The translations under genes and the position numbers were made by a program. Shown one piece after another: positions 41,553 through 56,325 of a DNA stretch of 64,000 nt. The notes below the pieces were generated by a model that was given only the letters and a program-made list of their open reading frames with translations, did not search any database and had not been told where the DNA came from. Within the stretch, counting starts at the first letter, position 1. Each line of letters begins with the position of its first letter. The DNA is from Lingula anatina (Eukaryota; Animalia; Brachiopoda). The DNA is taken from positions 19,844,848 to 19,908,847 of the forward strand of contig CM120643.1 of assembly GCA_051362555.1 (NCBI GenBank). Direction: 5' to 3'.

Positions 41553-43788
41553 GTAAGTTTATTTCTTACTCAGGGGCAGATCCAGAGATATTTTATGGGT
41601 CTTCCAAATTATCTTTGTTGATCCATCCTCCGTTTTTGAACGTCTTCCAATAGAAAGAATTAGATGCCCTGCAATAGAAACTTGAAAATTTCTGACCATC
41701 TTCCAGAAGACGGCCTCCGTCTACCCCTGATACTCTCAGTACTGTACTAATTTATATAACTGTGTATTAACATTAAGGGCTCATTCCCATTGAAACAATC
41801 TGTCACCATAGATTGATCCAACTCCGCGGGGAGTCTGTGACTACAATCAGTTTAACAGATTAACATGTCTTCTCTTGTTTTGAATGTACTCATAAGTTTA
41901 TTACATACGGTAATTACTCCATCCTTTCAATAGGGGAAATTGTGAATTTTACAGATACTGTATTTTTTAAAGTCATAATTTTTTTAAAATTAGAACATTC
42001 CCATTGAGTAGAAGCAACAAAATTAAAAGCAGGCTATTCTATAGTTCTATTCTATGCAGTAGAAACCCAATTTTTTATGATTCCAAAATTATGTAACTGA
42101 AAATTTGATAATTTTTCCCCATTGAAGTGCTTGAGTCATTACTGTAAGTATATATTAACAATAAGCACTCATTCCCATTGAAACTGTCGGTCTCCATAGA
42201 TCGATCCAACTCTGCAGGAACTCAGTGAAAACAATCAGTTTAACAGATTGGCATGTCTCCTCTTGTTTCAAATGTGCTCATATAATCACCAGCTTTGTTG
42301 TATTTTATCAGAATTTTATTCAGTGGAAATAGAAAACAGAGAAACGACATCTGCAATGTTTCATCAGTTTTATTTCACTTTTATTATTCAACAATTACAA
42401 ATAAACTGATTGTACATCAGGTTTAAATTACATCAGGGCTTTTTGATTCATTAAGGCAGGAAATACACATTTATTTACCACATGTTGCTAAAACAGATAT
42501 TGCAGCACATTGCCAACCTGAGACCAGAGATTGAAAGGCACTGAAAACTTGAACCAGCCAAGCTATTAATAACATTATCCTTTTCTGTTCAGATCAATAG
42601 CTGATAGCTTATGATTTTGTTGAAATAGATAGATTATAGTTGACAGATGCTAAGCAGTTTACCTGAACTGGTACCTTTTCAAATAATTTTTTCTAGGATA
42701 AAAACCAATGAATAGATGATGGGTTCACATAGATGTTTATGTATACATGTTTCCTATGCTTTGTATAACAAATAAATTGGGAATGATAATACAAATCACT
42801 GGTTTAGCAATTTGGAATGTAATAAAAAGACAATTTTCAAATAAAGTACAATGATAGAAAAAATTTCAATGAAAAGTCATAGTATAAAGTTTGGAATGTA
42901 CTTAAAGCAATAGTAAAAGTATGATGATACAAAAGAGTTAAATCAAAAGTTATTATATACTGGTTAACTATTAAAGGATTACTCTATAGCCTTTAAAAGG
43001 CTGATATGCCATTACTTAAACTAATAAATAACATTTCATGATTCAGAATCTTTAAAACTGAATAGAGTTACATATATATGTACAAACATTTTATTAAGAA
43101 ACATGATTGGATTTGATTAGTTACATATTGTGTGCAATTAATCACATATGTTATTTCTAAATGTGATTTTCAAATACAACTCGTTTGATGTTCTTGTATC
43201 AGATGCAAAGTGTGACCTGACAGCATGTTTCCCTGATTATGAAAGTGCTTTTTAAGCTGGTGGTACTTAAGCTGAAGGTAGCCTATGCCTCTCTGAACTT
43301 CAAGTTGTAGACTAGCTGCGTTTGAAAAATCATGTATGTTAATGTTTTTCCAACAGTGCCTTAGTTTTGTTAGAATTTCTACAGCTTTTCTATGAACAAG
43401 GCAGACGACAAAGTGGTGGTTGGAATCTATCACTTTCCCCATTTTCTCCACCTCTACAGGGCTAGAACCAATATTTTAGAGAAGCTAGTTTGACTATTTG
43501 TAACCCCACTGCCAACACCACAAAGTCTCTTTTGCCTCCTGAAATATCTCTTGTTATCTTATTCATTTTTCAATTATAGGGAGTTTTTATTCTTCAAAAG
43601 TGTACAATTCATATCCCAGACCTCAGTTAGGGAGGGTACAAACCTGCCCCACCTACTCTTAACTACGTACCTACCAATCTGCACCTGCATATGAGTTAAT
43701 ATTGTTTGGCATCAGGCACTTTATCTCTCAAACCCCACCACAAATCTACACTCAAATTCTCTTGGACGCTTTCTGGTAGTAGCATTGA

Positions 43789-46760
43789 TCATGAAGAAGA
43801 ACTCCGATCTTCATTAGGCAAGCTGGAGTCTGAGGCCTCGCTAGGTCCAGTTGATATGGGCAAAACTTGATCAGAACCAGAGTTCACCATGTAAGTAGGA
43901 TTGGCAACTGCACCTTTGGTCTTAGAATCACTAGGCACAGCAGGAAGAGATGTGGTACAAACACTGTTGCTCTCTAAGGCAGGTTCTACTAAGTTATCAC
44001 CATTTGAAAGGGCACTGTTACTCCCAGGGTTATTTTGGGCACCAAGCAAGATGGCTTCTGAGTAGGAAGGAGGTGGTTTTTGAACTGGTTCGAGATAAGC
44101 TGTACTGCTCAGTGTGGGTCTGTTTGAAATTATACCGCTGGAATTGGTTTCTTCTGGTGGCACTTGTAACTGTGGTTGGGATGGATTTTTCTCTACTGTG
44201 TTTTCATGAGGTGGGATTGCATTGCTATATATTGGAGCTGCACTGTCATATACAGGAGCTGCAGTGTCATATATTGGAGCCGTACTATCATATGGTATCG
44301 AATCATACACATTTTCCTGATGGGTTGAATTGCTATTGGCTCCAATGGCAGCATGGCCATTTGGGTTCTTCCCATTGGCAGGGTTTAGAGTGGTGTATCC
44401 TGGATCAGTTGCGATCTCGTTGTAAGTTGTATTTTGGTTATTGTTGCTGTGTAGAGCCATGTATGGCTTTGGGGCTTCCAGCTCTATGTGGGCCAGTGGT
44501 GGCCTCTTTCTCCTGGAATAAGAATGAACATCTGCATTAGCTTCCAAATTTGATTGACTTTCTAAAAACATATTGTTAAAGGAGGTAGATTTCTTTAATG
44601 TAAATTGCATAGAATATGAAATAATTTATTTGATATGATATTGATCAGCAAATCATTAAATGAGAAATTTTGAAGAAAGATTCCATAGCAAAAATCATAA
44701 ATACAATCTCTCTCTCTCTCTCTCACACACGACAGAGATTAGTCGGTGTACTGAGTTTATACAGTGTATCAATGTATACATTACCTCCTGCACCACACAA
44801 TGACAATTATGACACTTGCAACAATCAGCAACAATAGCAGCACTGGAACAATTGTGCTCACCAGTAGAACTGAAAATACAGAACAACCATTACAGTTAGT
44901 GCATAGTTCATCATACAATTATATGGTATAAATGCAAATTAAAAACTTCCATATTGTTAACCTACGGCCAACCTGGATGTTGGCCTTCATTAGACTGATG
45001 TGAGCAATGTTGACACTCACTGACCATGAGGTGGTATAGCAGCGAGGACCCTCTTATAAATGTCAGGTAGATCGACCCCCCTCTCCCCCTGTTCCTATTC
45101 ATGGGGGGCTGGTGACAGTGGCTTGTGTTTGATAATTTTCATTTATGATCCAACTACCAAGCTAATGAACATTTTTGGTAGTTTCTCAAACAGTTAATAT
45201 ATCAGAAAGATTTCATGGTTCAAAATATTCAAAGCTAACAGGATCACTATAGTGCAAACTGTTGAAATAAAAGACACAGCTACAAGAAATGGGACAAGTT
45301 TCATACATTTGACCAATCAAAGTTCATAGCACATGTCTGTGGCATTGATGAAAAAATCAAATCAAAAAATGACATGCAAAAGGTGTCCATACAAGATTAT
45401 GAAAACCCTGGTTCCCTTACTTGTTTGTTGTTGATTTTGAGTGCTAGCACTGGCACTGGCATTGGTCTTGACCCCATGAACCATGGGGTCCATTGTGGGA
45501 GTTGACCTTTCTGTCACCGTGGGAGTTGATCCTGTGGCCTCAGGTGTTAATTCATGCAGTGGTGTCTGCAGTGTTACACCAGTGGTGCCAGGAGTAACTG
45601 GACTGCTGGCTGTGGTTGTGGTTGTGCTGATTGTGCTAGGTGTGCTGGTGGTTGTGCTTGTAATTGTGCTGCTGGTTGTGCTGGGGGTGGTTGTGCTGGT
45701 TGTTGAAGCAGAGGGCAGAAAAATTGGTCTGTCCACTCTGTGACATCTCATATCCAGGACTGCTGTTTCACCACTAGGTGACAGAGCTGTAGTGAAAAAA
45801 GATAGAAAAAAAGATAGGAAAAAAGTAGAATTAGTATGATATTTAATGCATTTTATTGTTTTGTTTTGGCCTTCATTGTGTTTTTTATACCTGGTTCATT
45901 TAATTAGACTGCACACACCAGTCAAATTTTTAAAAATATAATTTTCATAATTGAAAAATAGATAAGTGATTGAAATATCTCCATTCAATCATATAACCCA
46001 GATAATTAAATTGAACCTGATATGAACAAGACTATAGGTACAGACTATGCTACAGAAAAAAAAAATATACCAACTACATTTAAAGTCAATGATTACCTTC
46101 AGCAGTAATCCAGAACCCAGGGAAGTTGATATAGCCATCACTATGAAACACCATAAGCAGGCTGTTATTACCACTTATGAATGTGCGTTCATGGTATTCA
46201 TGTCCGCACACACGCCTGGCCTCTCCGTACGGGGGACTCTGCTGTAATACGAACCAGTCGTATTCACAATTCTGGAGGCCGATTTCTAAGTTGAAGTAAT
46301 GGACAACTGCCCGTATGCGATTGCTGGTTCGTGTCCGTAGCTCGCACATGCAGGACGTGTTGCTAGCGTAGTGTTGCGGGTAGTTCGGAGTGATGATTTC
46401 TCTTGGCAAGGGAAGAGGTTCGCCCATGACTGGCTGAGATGTGGAACCAAATGTGTTGCCACATATATCAGTATATTCAGTGCCTATATCAAGATAAAGA
46501 GTAAATTGAGAAAATATTTTGCATATTGTGAGGGCAGGACTGGCCTATCTTTCAATTGATGGTTATTATTGGGTACATGTTTGGATGAACTAGAATTGAT
46601 TTTATGACAACATATGTAATGACATTCTCAAAAATGATCTATTAGTCTAATCATAGTTTTACAAGCATCATCTAAATTATTTAGTAGTCAAGAGATGTAT
46701 TGCACTTGTCTGTACTCTTAAAGGAAAGTCATATTTGTAGTTGTAGCAAGTCTATGACAT

Positions 46761-46798
<38 letters not shown>

Positions 46799-49700
46799 CA
46801 CCAACCTGGTGCCAATGTTGGTATACTGGGTGGTGCCAGTGTTGGGACAGTGGTGGTGGTGTCAGAAGGCAAGCTGGCTTTGCACTGAAGGTTGATTGCA
46901 GCAGACGACAGGAAGTCATCGGGGGGCAGATCTAAAAACAAGACCACTCATTAGCAAAATGTTATATAAATATCAACTGATGAATATAAATATAACTTCA
47001 ATAAAAATAAATTCTAGATATTTTTGGGTTATTTCCACCTTTTTGATACACTGCTGATATATGTTTGATAAAACATTAGCAACCAAATAATAAAAAATAA
47101 AAATACATTTATGTGTATGGGGAAAAATTACCCCCTCTAGTTGTGAGAAATGCCTGCCATTGTGTACACAACACTGATATTCATACACCAAAAAATGTTT
47201 AAGCTAGTCAATTCATGAACGTCAATTTGATAACTTTTTACTCACCCTTGATTATTAGCAAAAACCCAAACTGTTGAACAGAAGAGTCAGAAGTAAACCT
47301 TACGGCCATGGTCTCATTTTGGCTGACCATCTTGTAACCCGACATGACGCCCTCTGTGCAGAACCTCTGAGCGAAACGCGTGCCAGGGGGGTCTGGACGG
47401 ATCTCCAGCATGTCAAACTCGCACTGACTGGCAGCTTCGATGGAGATGTAGATCAGCTCCATCTCGATCCTGTGACTGGCGGCCATGTTGGTCAGCTGAC
47501 AAGAGCAGTTGGCACTGTGCGGGTACTCAGCTGGGTAGGCGGGGCTACTCAGGTAGAATTGATTGATGTCATTCGACTCGGGACTCATCGTTAAAGTGGC
47601 GTTTTGACACAGGTTGATTACTGTAGCTGGAAAATAGGAAATGTATCAAAATGGTGCAATGGGCTTTTTGAATGAGATTGATCACCAAAACTGGAAAAAA
47701 ATTAATGAATAGTGTATGATTAACATTAGCTTTTGTTTTGTTTTTACAGCTAAATGTTCAGAATGAATTATAAAATGATGTTGTCTGAAAATTTATGGAT
47801 TTTGTATTAATGGATTTAGTAATATTTATATATCTTTGCCAGCTTTGCTTAGGTAAGATTTATTATACTGAAAGTCAGTTAGATATCATTCATATTGAAC
47901 AAATGTGAAGAAATCAATTGATTACCTCAAAAGTATGCCCAGTAATGAGACATATTGAATATTTCCCCTAGCAGTACCTCATTGAATAAAGTAATTTCTC
48001 AATATATTTGAACAAAATTTATTGGTTATATTTCTTAAATAATGTCAGATCAGGTACAAAAAAAATTTGAAAGTTCTAAATTGAGGTGAATTAGGTGTAT
48101 GTAAGAAAGTTTTTGTATAGTCACATCTTGAAAAAATGAAAATTGCAGTAATGTGGTGAAATTTGTGAGCAATTACAGTATTATTTAGGTAAAATTGACT
48201 TACCAGTGGATGGCGGAGTGACAGGGCTTGGCAGGGGAACCTCTGTCTCAATTGTTGGCGGTGTCTGCGTTAGGCAGGAAATAGAAACACTGTCCAGCAG
48301 TCCCTGGGCCGTGACACCAGCAATTCTTAACATAAAACCTTTCTGTTCTACTGATTCATCTGATATGAAAGTGATACTGATGATGTCACTATCCAAAGTG
48401 CCGCCTTCTCCATATTTCCCTCGGCCGCAGTAGTCTACATAGTGGCCACTTGTGGGGTTGTAATACACTAATTTGTCATATTCGCACCCATTGTTACCCA
48501 CCTGGAATAGGACAACATAGAGCTGAAGCCTTTAGGTTTTAATAACAAAACTAACTTGAACTTGAGGTTGTCTCTTATTAAACAAACTGAAACCTCATCA
48601 AATGTAAGACAGGGAAATGATTGAAAATTGAATTCTACTCAAAGTTAAGGCAAAAAGCTGATAAAATGACCGCAAAAATACATGTGAATGAACCATTCAT
48701 TTTCTTAAGCCAGAACTACACAAATGCCCAACATTTGGCAATAATATAAAATATTCCACTAGCAAGCTTGATATATTATCAAAAGTATCACCTCGATATC
48801 AAAATCCAGCACCCTGATATTGATGGAACTCTGTGGCTGTGTAGTGATATTACAGGTAGAGTAACTTCTGCTAGGGTAGTGTGCAGGATACAGGGGACTG
48901 GACAGGTAGATGTACCCCAGGATGTCTGGCCCTGTAGACACCACTTGACTGGTGTCTATGCTGTGGATATCTGAGACTGAGAGTGGAGATTTTTTCTTTA
49001 ACATCTTTATTCTTAAACAATTTGAATACAAAGTATAGCATGTAATAAAAGGTGGCAAATCATGGAGATGCCATTATGTAGTGCTGAGCTGCGATTAGTA
49101 GCACTGAGTAAAGCATCTAAGAGATCTTGAATTTTCTAAGAGATCTTGAACTTTTTCAGAAAAAGAAACCCCATTTTGAAATTGTTGGCTGTGGGCCTGA
49201 TTTCAATTTTATTTTTAAAAAGTTTGAGACTCCTGTCAGCAGCTTACCTGCTATGCACTCATACTCCACAGTGATATAGTTAGTGAAGCTGTTGCAACTT
49301 TCAATGTACTGTGCAGAGCCGGGGTCTTCGGTGCAATTCTGGTGTCCTGAACATCTATGGATGAAATACTGGACACCAGTGGTGATGGTGCATGAGTCTG
49401 CAGGGTCATAGAAACACCTGGCAAGACAAGATAAATGAAATTATTTCAGTGAACCACATGAAATACATATATATAGTGAAAACTGTGGGTTGATTTCATT
49501 GTGCTTTGTGTATATAGAACAAGAAATCAAAAAAGCGTCTATTTTTTTTTTCTATCACAGTTACAGCTGCAGTCTTTGTACTTGTCTCAGTACTGGCTTC
49601 TGCCGTTTCTCTTGCCTGATCAGTTTATACCAAGACAAGTCACAGTATGATATTGCATGCATATATCTACTCTATAGCGTATATCAAGAAGAGATTAAGA

Positions 49701-50962
49701 ATATCATTTCTCCTGAATTGCTAGAATAGGAAGAGAGGATCTTTTTTATGCTTATGCCAAATAAAGATAGAACTTGAGCATGTTTTATGAAGCTTTTATG
49801 AATTTTGTTTGTGTTCGCGTGATATCTGTTTGAGATGCACATCATATTGCAAGCACACCAAGGGCAATCGTGACTTTTTGTATTTCCTCTGAAGCTTTAC
49901 AATGCATTCATTGCAAAGAATAATAATGATAATAATATGTCATACACTGCACATCATTCTGTAATATTGATTTTGTTTTTTTCCCAAAACACACATTATT
50001 AAGCAAGTCATCATTTGCTTTGTTATACATTTAGGATTGGATGCTAACATAATGATCATACTCCATTAGTTATTTTGTGTTTTGGGGACTTACTGTAAAT
50101 AATTGAAATATATATATTTCAATAAACAACAACAACAACAAAAAAAAAAAAAAAAAAAAAAAATGAATCCAGCAGTGGCTTCTTTTGTAGTAGTAGTAGC
50201 TACAGTGTAATATGCAGTTTCAAGATGATGAGCAGTTCATTTGCATGGAATTCTATTGATAATGACATGGCAGAGAGGAGCTCATGTTTACTTCTGTACT
50301 CTATAGATATAGATTTATTTCAAGAACCTACTGCCGCACATGGGCAGCTGTTTGGTTTTCCCACAACCATGAAATAATATTTAGTGTTGCATTTTCAACA
50401 GGTTTAAGTAAGAGCTGTTTCGGATTTGAGTATTGTCGCAAGGCAGTCTCTCAGATATATCCTGTCTGGGGTTGTAGTATTGGTAGAAAAATAAGCAGGG
50501 AATTTCGTTGTGGATATATGAGTAGGATGTATAGAGATCGATCCAAATCAAAATCCTGTTGGTCTTTTTTACTTATTTACTGTTGGTCTATAATTACTGA
50601 AGAGTTGTTTAAAAGTGAATTAGTTCTGAAGAGACTTGATTAGTTTTTACCAGTGAAACATGTTATTTCAACCCTTCTTTAAAAGGGCCTTGATCACAAA
50701 CATGACCGACTAATCAATTTCAGCTTCGATGAAAGACACATTACGAAATACTGGAAAATCATCTAGGTCTTTGTTGTAATGCTTTAAACTAAAACAAATG
50801 CCAAGATAAGTCTGATGTGAACTTGGGGATAGGATTATTGGATTTTATGAAGAGTAAGTGTTGACATGAATCTCAAATAAATGTTTGGTAATAGAATTTG
50901 GATTTGCTATCCTTGAATGCTGATTTGATTTTATATGCCTGTTTAATGCAAAATGTTCTTCT

Positions 50963-51002
<40 letters not shown>

Positions 51003-54000
51003 GATTGAAATATCCTGTCACAGTCATGACATTGCATTTTAAGTGTGATATTGTTTGAAAAAAGTGGCTAATTTACACAATTTTAGTTTGCATTACACAT
51101 ATTTGAGGTTGGGCAAGACTGAGAAGCTTCTGTCAGCACATTTACTCACTGTTTTTCCAAGAATGTTCAATGATGGGAAAGTGAATACTACTATTTCATG
51201 CCAGTTTTTTCACACTGCTGACTAACTGTAAATGATGCATTCAATTCTAAATATGTCAAAAACAACTGCTCTGCATCTTTTTTTTTTTTTCTTTAGGGAG
51301 GGTGTTTTCAAAAAGTGCCTTAGTCATTATGTACGAAATCATTGATAGAATATTCCTGGAAAGGTGATAATATATAGTTTCTCTTCTTTATTTATGTACT
51401 AGTCTGTGTATAAATAGTTTTGTTTCACATGATAGATCAACATAAGATGGGGATACACTTGTAAAAGAATAAGTATTGTTGAGAAGGGGGGGGGGGGTTC
51501 AATGTCATTGAAGTTTTTTGGTTCTGTAATAATGATTTCTGCCTTGTGCAGAAAAAAGTGTAAAAATCAATGCATATAAATGATTAAAAAATATACAACG
51601 TCATATATGAAAAGGAAATTTGTATTGTGCCACATGTTGACATGTAATTCCCTTGGAAAGCAACATATGGTTTTTGCTGAAATAGATGCTCAATCAACTG
51701 ACTCATACATACAGCACATATTCCCAGTTGGCTCCAATGTTTCTGAGCATTCACTTCCAGATTGCCCTCCAGAGTGAAGGGTGATGAGAATGTAAACTGT
51801 AGCTTACTCTGACAGCTGAGTGCTTTTGTATTTGTACGGTAAAGACACAATATTTTCAATGGGAAAAAATTATTAATTTTACAGATATTGTATTTTTTCA
51901 AGTCATTAATTCTTAAAGTTAGAACATTCCTTTTGAGTGATAGCACCAAAACTGATAAACAGGCTACCTTATAGTTCTATTGTATACAAAAAAGCACTAC
52001 ATAATTATGCTAACAGAAATATATTTTTAATGATTTTGAAATTGTCTCTGAAAAATTGCTAGTTTTTCCTCATTGAAAAGATCGAGTCATTACCATATTT
52101 GTCCGTTTCACCAACCCTTTTGTTGGCTGCAGTAACAACTTCTCGTTTAGTAGTCCCTTTGCTAAATTCCTTTTAAATTGGAGTCATGATCGTGAATAAA
52201 TTGTTATTGCAATAGTAAAATTCAAGATGAGAACTGCATGTGAGTTATTTACAAGTGGGTAATTCCAGTAAATGTATTAAACCAAGTTAACATTTTTAGT
52301 TAATAATTACATTTAATTGATGAGGTATTGGATACTTACAGCTGTAGCAGAAGAAGAATTTCTGAACAATAGTGAGTTATTAAAGAATGTATAGTTTTAT
52401 GTAAATGAAAATATCTTTAAATAATTACAATTTTTAATTAAAAGCAATCTTGATAACCTTCCTGCCTTGGTCTATTGTGTGTACATTCCTTCCTTTGGTC
52501 AATTCATGGATTGTTTTTGCTCGAGTCTTTTCTTTGGTTGATCATTAACCAAATCGCAATTAATTTATGTCAAATCTTAATAATGATGAACACTTACCTT
52601 CAAGTTGAATTACAGTTAAATATATCTGTGAGCAAAGAAAACAGAAGGTGGTTTAGAAAGCACTTTAGGCTCATAGATAAATATACCTTAATTTGTTTTC
52701 ACCCTGGAGTTTTGGTTTTTGAATCACAATAATTGCAGCTTTTTGGGGTGGTATTACTCAAAGGGTGTCACGATTCCATCCAATTTTAATTCTGAAAATT
52801 GTTTGAAATTGTCTTTGTTGTCTGTGAATTTAGATTTGAAAGAAAGGATTCTTGCCATAATCAAGAATATATTTAATTTTTATGAAAAGTTGTTACCTTT
52901 TTTCTGTAAAAAAAAAAAAAAAACCTGGGGGAGTGAGTATTGTGAGACACCAAAACTTCTGATTGATACTAGTAAATTACTTTTTAAAACATTTTTGAAG
53001 AAACTATTATTGTAACTTTGGGTGCATAACACACTTGTTTGACAAAACTATTATTCTAATATTGGTTGCATGACACAACTGTTTGAAGAAACTATTATTG
53101 TACTTTTGGTTGCATAACAAACTTGTTTGAAGAAACTGTTATTGTAATTTTGTTATTATTGTAATTTTGGGTTCATGACACAATTGTTTGAAAAAAAAAC
53201 ATTGTTGTAATTTTGGGTGCGTAACAAACTTGTTTGATGAAACTTTTACGATAATTTTGGGTGCATGACAATTGTTTGACGAAACTATTATTGTAAGTTT
53301 AGGTGCATAACACACTTAAAATTCCTTTGTAAAACTTGGAACAGGCATTAAGTTAAATCCAGGGGCGGACAGACGCCATCTTCTGGGTCTTCCCGAAAAT
53401 TTCCATTGACGGGCATCTAATTTTTTCTGCTGAAGATGGTTCAACAAACTTTAAGATAATTTGGAAAACTGTCAGGAGATATTGCTAGATCCAACCCTGA
53501 AATCCTATTGTTACAAGCCGCCTTACCTCCCTGTTTCTGTGCTCTTTCCCTTCATCACTTTGACAACCCGTATCACCATGCCAACAGAGCAGTGGAGGTG
53601 GAGCTGTGAGGGCCGAGTGGTAGAGCTGATCTGGGCTGCCTGGCTTGCCAGCTCCACACAGGTGCTTCCTGTGAATACTGGGCCTAGAGAAATAGCAAAG
53701 CACAGGAGTTGAATATTTTGGTCTTATTTTTGTCTTTTAAAATAGGCTCAATAGTTTTCCCTTAAAAAGTTTTCTTTTTTCCATAGATTTCAATATGAAC
53801 AAAGTCAACTAGAAGCTAGGATTATTTTATTATATACATATACATTGGTCATTAATTGTATGTCATTGTCATGAGAGATGAGGTTCATAGTTACTGGTTT
53901 TATAATTTACTTTAATTTTTGCTCTTTGGAGTTGAATAAAACCACTACGACTAATACATGTAGTCGCCCCTCTTGGCTGATGGTGTCAGTAAGTACATTC

Positions 54001-56290
54001 AGAAATCAAACAATCAGTTCTACATTATAAAAGGGTGCTAATTGTCCATTTTACATGATAAAGGTGTGTTAAAAAGATCATCAGTATCATAGTCTGATAG
54101 TGACAGACTGTCACTTAAAGGAAGATCAGATCTTAATGAGCTGTGAACCATGCAAAAAAGGTAGAAATATTGATTCAAGGCAGTGAAGGGATGAATCAGT
54201 TTGATTTTCACAGTATTTACAGTATCTTCATGTTATTCAGGCAATATGTTGTATATTTTCACAAATTTAGAAATTGAGGAATAATTCTGTTTCCTTAAAG
54301 CCCGCCGCACATTACATTCAAAATAAGTCCTTAAACAATGATGTGTTACTTACAATCTAAATAAGTTTCCTACGAAGAAAGTTTGATTATTTGAATAACT
54401 AGAATGATTCTCGAATGGAAAGCGAATAATATGGTGCACCAATAAGTTAATGAACATTTTATATCAGTTTGAAAATAGGCAAGAGGGAATGAGAAACACA
54501 TGCTTTGCAGCCATGTCCCATTATATCCTTTGCCCTGTAATTGCAGCAGTAGTTGTATTGATTTTATATTTGCCTTCATGGAAATTGACATTTAACATGT
54601 GATGTCTTTATGAGCATGATAATTAATATGCATTGACTGTATTGGAACTGTGCACAGAGACATGGTGAAGTATCTTCACTTTCAATATGTTTACATTTGA
54701 AAATTTGACTGAAAGAATTAGAAAATTTTTTAAAATTGTGAAAAAAGTTTTTTAGATGGCATTCTTTCATTACATCCCTCATATTACTACAATTTTTGAA
54801 TGTTGTGTAGCCCTGTGAGAAGATTCCTGTATAACCTGTTGGCATTTCCTAAATTTCCAGTTAGTCTTTAATCTTCAGTATTTCAATATAAGAGTAATCC
54901 AAATCCATTGTACGCGTTCCCTATAGTAAGTTCCAGCTTTGCTTCATAATGAAAAAATTTAAAACTGTTCAGTTTCTACACAATAAGAGAAAATGGTACA
55001 GTACCTGAGAACTTTTGCCCCAACACTTGGTACTTCATCAGTCACACAGAAGCTCTCAGGTACACTTTCAGATTATTGTGTAGAAATTGAACAGTTTTAA
55101 ATGTTATCATTATGAATTACACTACTAGACAGAATATTCAGCTTTGCTTGTTTTTCCATCATTGAACACAGGCTTGGTGTATGTGAAGATGATTGTGGTA
55201 GGCCTGTTATTGTTAAGTAGCGGTCAGTTATATCAGTTACGCTGTCATCTCACAGACAGGTAACAAATGGTCCTAAGGTATGTGTTTGTGGTTCTCCACA
55301 GCAGGTGATCTGAGGGATTTTCTTACAGGTGTGTTATTTTCACAGTTGGACAGAACAATACATCGTAAAGCTCAGGGTAGCTCTGCCTGAAGTCTCAACT
55401 TTAAAGTGTGTTGCAATTCCTGGCTGGGTTGTCAAGTGTCCCTTACTAAACACTGACTTACTAGTTCATATATTTTCTTTAAGTCCAGGGTTGTCGCTAA
55501 GCTCTCTGCATTTACGTACATTGAGTGCATTTTTAACCTCTTTTGCTATTGTTTTTACATTATTTCCCTTTTCTTTATAACATAAAATAATAAAAAAATA
55601 GGGTAAGAGGGGAAAGAGGAAGTCACAGTGGCTGAAAAAAATGTCACTGTAGTTCTTTGCATGCAACGAATAATGATTATCATAATAATTCAGGTGGTAA
55701 ACAAAGAAGGATCCTCCAATGCCCCCATAACATCCGGGATTTGAGACAAAGGCAGCTGTGGCAGTCTTCCTATTGTATACCCACCAGGAGTGAGAGTGTT
55801 TAAAATGCACTAATTTTCTGTTTGTACTAGCCTGTGAAGAAAATAAAGTCCCATTAGCCTAGGCAAACAGTATTGAACCAGGCACGTCCCCAGTTCCGTT
55901 CCTGTAGTTATCATGTTAACACAGGTGGCTGCAAGGATGCTCAGGACATAATATTGCAGGCTGACACTATGAATTTTTAGACAAATATTTAGATGAGTTA
56001 ATTTTGCTTAAGTAAGTTTACTTTGGCCTGAAAACTTTTCAGATATTCATTTTTTAAGCAGTGGTTTAGTTACAAATGTGGGGCGAGCAACAATGCATTG
56101 TTTAAAGCAGGTGCATGTATTTGACATTCCAATGGGACTTATTAGAGGTAATTATTATAATTGTGTGTTGTTTCCATGGCAGGTGGTCTTTTCAACTGAG
56201 GTGAGAATTAAAATCCTACCAGATTTTCCCCAATTTCTGTGGAAAAGGAAAGTGTCAGTATTTGTGGAGGATTGATGTTTTCATCATCAA

Positions 56291-56325
<35 letters not shown>

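Noticed and set aside
43950-44540. 196-aa plus-strand ORF (and 45483-45743, 47274-47594, 48206-48433)
   Set aside because: Antisense shadows of exons of the minus-strand SUEL-CUB gene.
49855-49920. acaccaagggcaatcgtgacttttt...caatgcattcattgca, loosely like the missing ATP2C1 exon (TPRDTTMTF...NALSC)
   Set aside because: Similarity is weak, needs frameshifts and lacks usable splice sites; cannot be told from chance without a tBLASTn search.
50284-50643. 119-aa plus-strand ORF within the nested gene intron
   Set aside because: No motif, no convincing splice context and no similarity to the missing ATP2C1 C-terminus.
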